A stretch of 64,000 nucleotides of DNA from the NCBI GenBank assembly GCA_021773015.1, contig JAJFKW010000001.1, positions 1,283,305 to 1,347,304 on the forward strand, written 5' to 3'. The position numbers were made by a program, and so were the translations under genes. Positions 61,669-64,000 of this stretch are shown here, piece after piece. The notes beneath the pieces are model-generated. The model had not been told where the DNA came from, did no database searches, and saw only the letters and a program-made list of their open reading frames with translations. Source of the stretch: Woeseia sp. Lineage in GTDB: Bacteria; Pseudomonadota; Gammaproteobacteria; Steroidobacterales; Woeseiaceae. Positions within the stretch are counted from its first letter, which is position 1. Each line of letters starts with the position of its first letter.

Positions 61669-62975
61669 CAAAACCGGTGGCACTAATTGTCGACGACGAG
61701 CCGGATATTTGTGAGCTTCTTGCGCTGACCCTCCGGCGTATGAACGTTGAACCGTTGACTGCCGCGGATGTGACTTCCGCATTGAAAATTTTGCAGAATA
61801 ATGAAATCGATCTTTGCCTAACGGACATGCGCTTGCCAGACGGCGATGGTTTGCAACTCGTCGAGTGGATGCAAAACAACTTACCAAATGTGCCGGTGGC
61901 AGTGATCACGGCTCATGGCAATGTCGAAACTGCAGTACAGGCGCTTAAGTTAGGTGCATTCGACTTCATAAGCAAACCTCTCGATCTGACGAATCTGCGA
62001 AATATCGTAACGAGCGCACTCAAACTTGATGCACCCGAAAAGTCAGATCCGTCCGGCATTATCGGCGAATCAGATGCAATGCATCATCTAAAAGACATGG
62101 TGGACCGGGTTTCACGCAGCCAGGCCCCGGTGCACATATCAGGCGAGTCCGGCACCGGCAAGGAGCTGGTCGCAAAATTAATCCATGATAGCGGGCCGCG
62201 GAAGGATGGGCCGTTTATCCCAGTAAATTGCGGCGCAATTCCCAGCGAGCTGGTGGAAAGTGAATTTTTCGGCCACACAAAGGGATCGTTCACCGGGGCG
62301 GTTAATGACAAGTCGGGCCTGGTTCAAAGCGCGAACGAAGGCACGCTGTTTTTGGACGAAATTGCAGATTTGCCGCTTGCCATGCAGGTCAAACTACTGC
62401 GAGTAATCCAAGAGCAAACTGTCAGGCCGGTTGGGGCAGCTGCAGAAGAAGTCGTGAATGTCAGGATTCTCTCAGCAACACACAGAAACTTGGCAAAAAT
62501 GGTCACCGCCGGAGAGTTTCGCGAAGACTTGTACTATCGAATCAATGTGATTGAGCTTGCCGTTCCTGCATTAAGGGATAGAGGCGATGACGTCCTCCTG
62601 CTGGCAGAACACATCTTGCAGCGATTAGGGCAGCCAATGTCGATCCTAACGGGCAGCGCGCGCGCAGCGATCAGAAGCTACGGCTTTCCCGGCAACGTTC
62701 GCGAGTTGGAGAATATGTTGGAACGGGCGGTTACGTTGTGCAGCTCAGGTTCAATCAACGACATCGATCTGGCGATGCGACATGAGAATCCGCCCGAATC
62801 AAGCACAAGCCAGTCAACGGTCGCGGACCTTGGTGGCCAGATCGTCGATGTGCAACGGCAAGCCATTGTTGAGGCACTTGAAAAAACCCGTTACAACAAA
62901 ACCGCAGCGGCAAAATTGCTGGGCTTAACATTTCGACAACTACGCTATCGCATCAAGAAACTTGGCATAGAATGA
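61665..62975 (+). CDS. pilR: sigma-54-dependent response regulator PilR
   Basis: Receiver (LIVDDEPD...LTDMRLPDGDG...KP), AAA+ sigma-54 domain (GESGTGKE, GSFTGA) and C-terminal Fis HTH. Start overlaps the pilS stop as ATGA. Confidence 0.9.
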   Translation: MTKPVALIVDDEPDICELLALTLRRMNVEPLTAADVTSALKILQNNEIDLCLTDMRLPDGDGLQLVEWMQNNLPNVPVAVITAHGNVETAVQALKLGAFDFISKPLDLTNLRNIVTSALKLDAPEKSDPSGIIGESDAMHHLKDMVDRVSRSQAPVHISGESGTGKELVAKLIHDSGPRKDGPFIPVNCGAIPSELVESEFFGHTKGSFTGAVNDKSGLVQSANEGTLFLDEIADLPLAMQVKLLRVIQEQTVRPVGAAAEEVVNVRILSATHRNLAKMVTAGEFREDLYYRINVIELAVPALRDRGDDVLLLAEHILQRLGQPMSILTGSARAAIRSYGFPGNVRELENMLERAVTLCSSGSINDIDLAMRHENPPESSTSQSTVADLGGQIVDVQRQAIVEALEKTRYNKTAAAKLLGLTFRQLRYRIKKLGIE

Positions 62976-63178
62976 GCAGCGCTGGGCGCCCCAATCGCTC
63001 ATCCTGAGTAGCCCACCTGATTAGAGCGTGCAGCACAACGAACTGACGTAAATTGTCAGCTTGTGACCAACATGGGCCAATATTGTCACTCATTCGCTCA
63101 ATATTCGCACCCAAAGAGATTCATCTGGTGTTCGTTTTATTATTTAAAATCAATAGCTTATAAGATTCCATTAATTTC

Positions 63179-63195
63179 TGGCACGAGCCTTGCTT
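63179..63195 (+). promoter_or_regulatory. sigma-54 (-24/-12) promoter of the pilin gene
   Basis: TGGCACgagccTTGCT matches the TGGCAC-N5-TTGC consensus (GG 63180-81, GC 63192-93). It lies about 65 bp upstream of the pilA ATG and an AT-rich stretch precedes it. Confidence 0.8.
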
Positions 63196-63260
63196 TATAG
63201 CTCGTACTGGCGGTAACGCCGTTTGCGAAACAATATCAGTAATTTCATGGAGATTGAGAA

Positions 63261-63734
63261 ATGAAGAAAGTTCAACAGGGTTTTACACTGATCGAACTGA
63301 TGATCGTAGTTGCGATTATCGGTATTTTGGCGGCTATCGCTATTCCTGCGTATCAAGATTACACCGTTAGAGCACAGGTATCTGAAGGTTTGAGTCTTGC
63401 TGGTGGCGCTAAAGCTGCTGTCACGGAATTCTTCCAGGATCGTGGCGTATGGCCCAACGGCAATGTAGGTGCTAACGGCGCTGGTCTTGCTCCACCTGCA
63501 GAAATCCTCGGCAAGTACGTCGTATCAGTTACGGTAGCCGACGGTTCAGCTCTTGCTACTGGCATTGGCGCTGTTGGTCCAGACGTCGATGTACTGTACG
63601 GAAATGACGCGAATGCTAACTTGCTTGATACCCTTACGTTGTCAATTACGCCGACGAACAATGGCGGATCAATCAGCTGGGAGTGTTCAAGTGCGGATAT
63701 TGATGACCGACACATTCCGTCATCTTGCCGATAA
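63261..63734 (+). CDS. pilA: type IVa major pilin
   Basis: Prepilin leader [34 protein letters not shown] and a C-terminal Cys pair. GGAG RBS upstream. Confidence 0.9.
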   Translation: MKKVQQGFTLIELMIVVAIIGILAAIAIPAYQDYTVRAQVSEGLSLAGGAKAAVTEFFQDRGVWPNGNVGANGAGLAPPAEILGKYVVSVTVADGSALATGIGAVGPDVDVLYGNDANANLLDTLTLSITPTNNGGSISWECSSADIDDRHIPSSCR

Positions 63735-63778
63735 GACTTTCGCATAAGGCATAGATTTGCCTGGTGCTAGAGCAGTGA

Positions 63779-63810
63779 AAAGCCCCGGCCCAAAAACCGG
63801 GGCTTTTTTT
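63779..63810 (+). terminator. rho-independent terminator of pilA
   Basis: AGCCCCGG-cccaaaaa-CCGGGGCT followed by TTTTTTT. Confidence 0.85.
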
Positions 63811-63957
63811 GAGGCCAGAGCTTAGGTGGGCTAGTGAGCTTCGATTACGCGCTGGCGCATGGTAAAGCAACACAGTGTTCAACTATATCAATCCGCAGAC
63901 GCCATTCGTGTAACATCGCACGGGCAGCGCAATTGATCTACATGTGAGCTGAAGAAA

Positions 63958-64000
63958 TGAAGAAAAATAGCCATGGATTCACTTTGATCGAACTAATGAT
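63958..64000 (+). CDS. second type IV pilin gene, 5' end only (continues beyond the window)
   Basis: The ATG at 63958 encodes [14 protein letters not shown]..., a prepilin N-terminus, up to the window edge. Confidence 0.7.

Noticed and set aside
63809-63957. Possible second sigma-54 promoter (TGGCGCatggtaAAGCA) upstream of the second pilin gene
   Set aside because: The GG-N10-GC spacing is right, but the -12 region (AAGC) deviates from TTGC. The match is too weak to call without more evidence.
1-64000. CRISPR arrays, IS elements, transposases
   Set aside because: No regularly spaced direct repeats of 25-40 bp and no transposase/integrase-like ORFs were seen anywhere in the window.

Overview
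This is a 64 kb gammaproteobacterial chromosomal segment at about 50% GC. The gene order resembles E. coli: recA-recX-alaS-csrA followed by tRNA-Ser and tRNA-Arg, rluD-pgeF-clpB divergent from bamD, sucCD, nadE, aspS, mutS, and pilS-pilR-pilA. Housekeeping genes (edd 3' end, aceA, metY, mutS, aspS, clpB and others) are interrupted by two accessory-looking blocks. The first, at 12.7-21.8 kb, is a dense signal-transduction cluster. It holds a periplasmic-sensor histidine kinase, a stand-alone receiver, a sigma-54 enhancer-binding protein with a degenerate receiver, an HTH-receiver fusion, a 4xPAS histidine kinase and a GAF hybrid kinase. The second, at 25.4-35.0 kb, is a minus-strand operon that I consider the most interesting item in the window. 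It reads, in order: YjfI-like protein, YjfJ/PspA (IM30) homologue, NfeD/YqiJ-like membrane protein, flotillin (SPFH/YqiK-like), a 1750-aa AAA+ ATPase, and a small zinc-ribbon ORF interrupted by an in-frame TAG. A perfect tandem palindrome (TTACATGTAA x2) sits directly upstream and is a candidate operator. Other notable points are a decayed histidine-kinase HATPase_c remnant with in-frame stops (10.5-10.8 kb), three TGTGAAATT direct repeats between a RamB-like regulator and aceA, three tandem small lipoprotein genes, a near-consensus sigma-54 promoter with candidate PilR sites upstream of the pilin gene, and a second pilin gene starting at the window edge. I found no CRISPR arrays, integrases or transposases. 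All calls rest on reading the supplied ORF translations and the DNA; no database searches were run.
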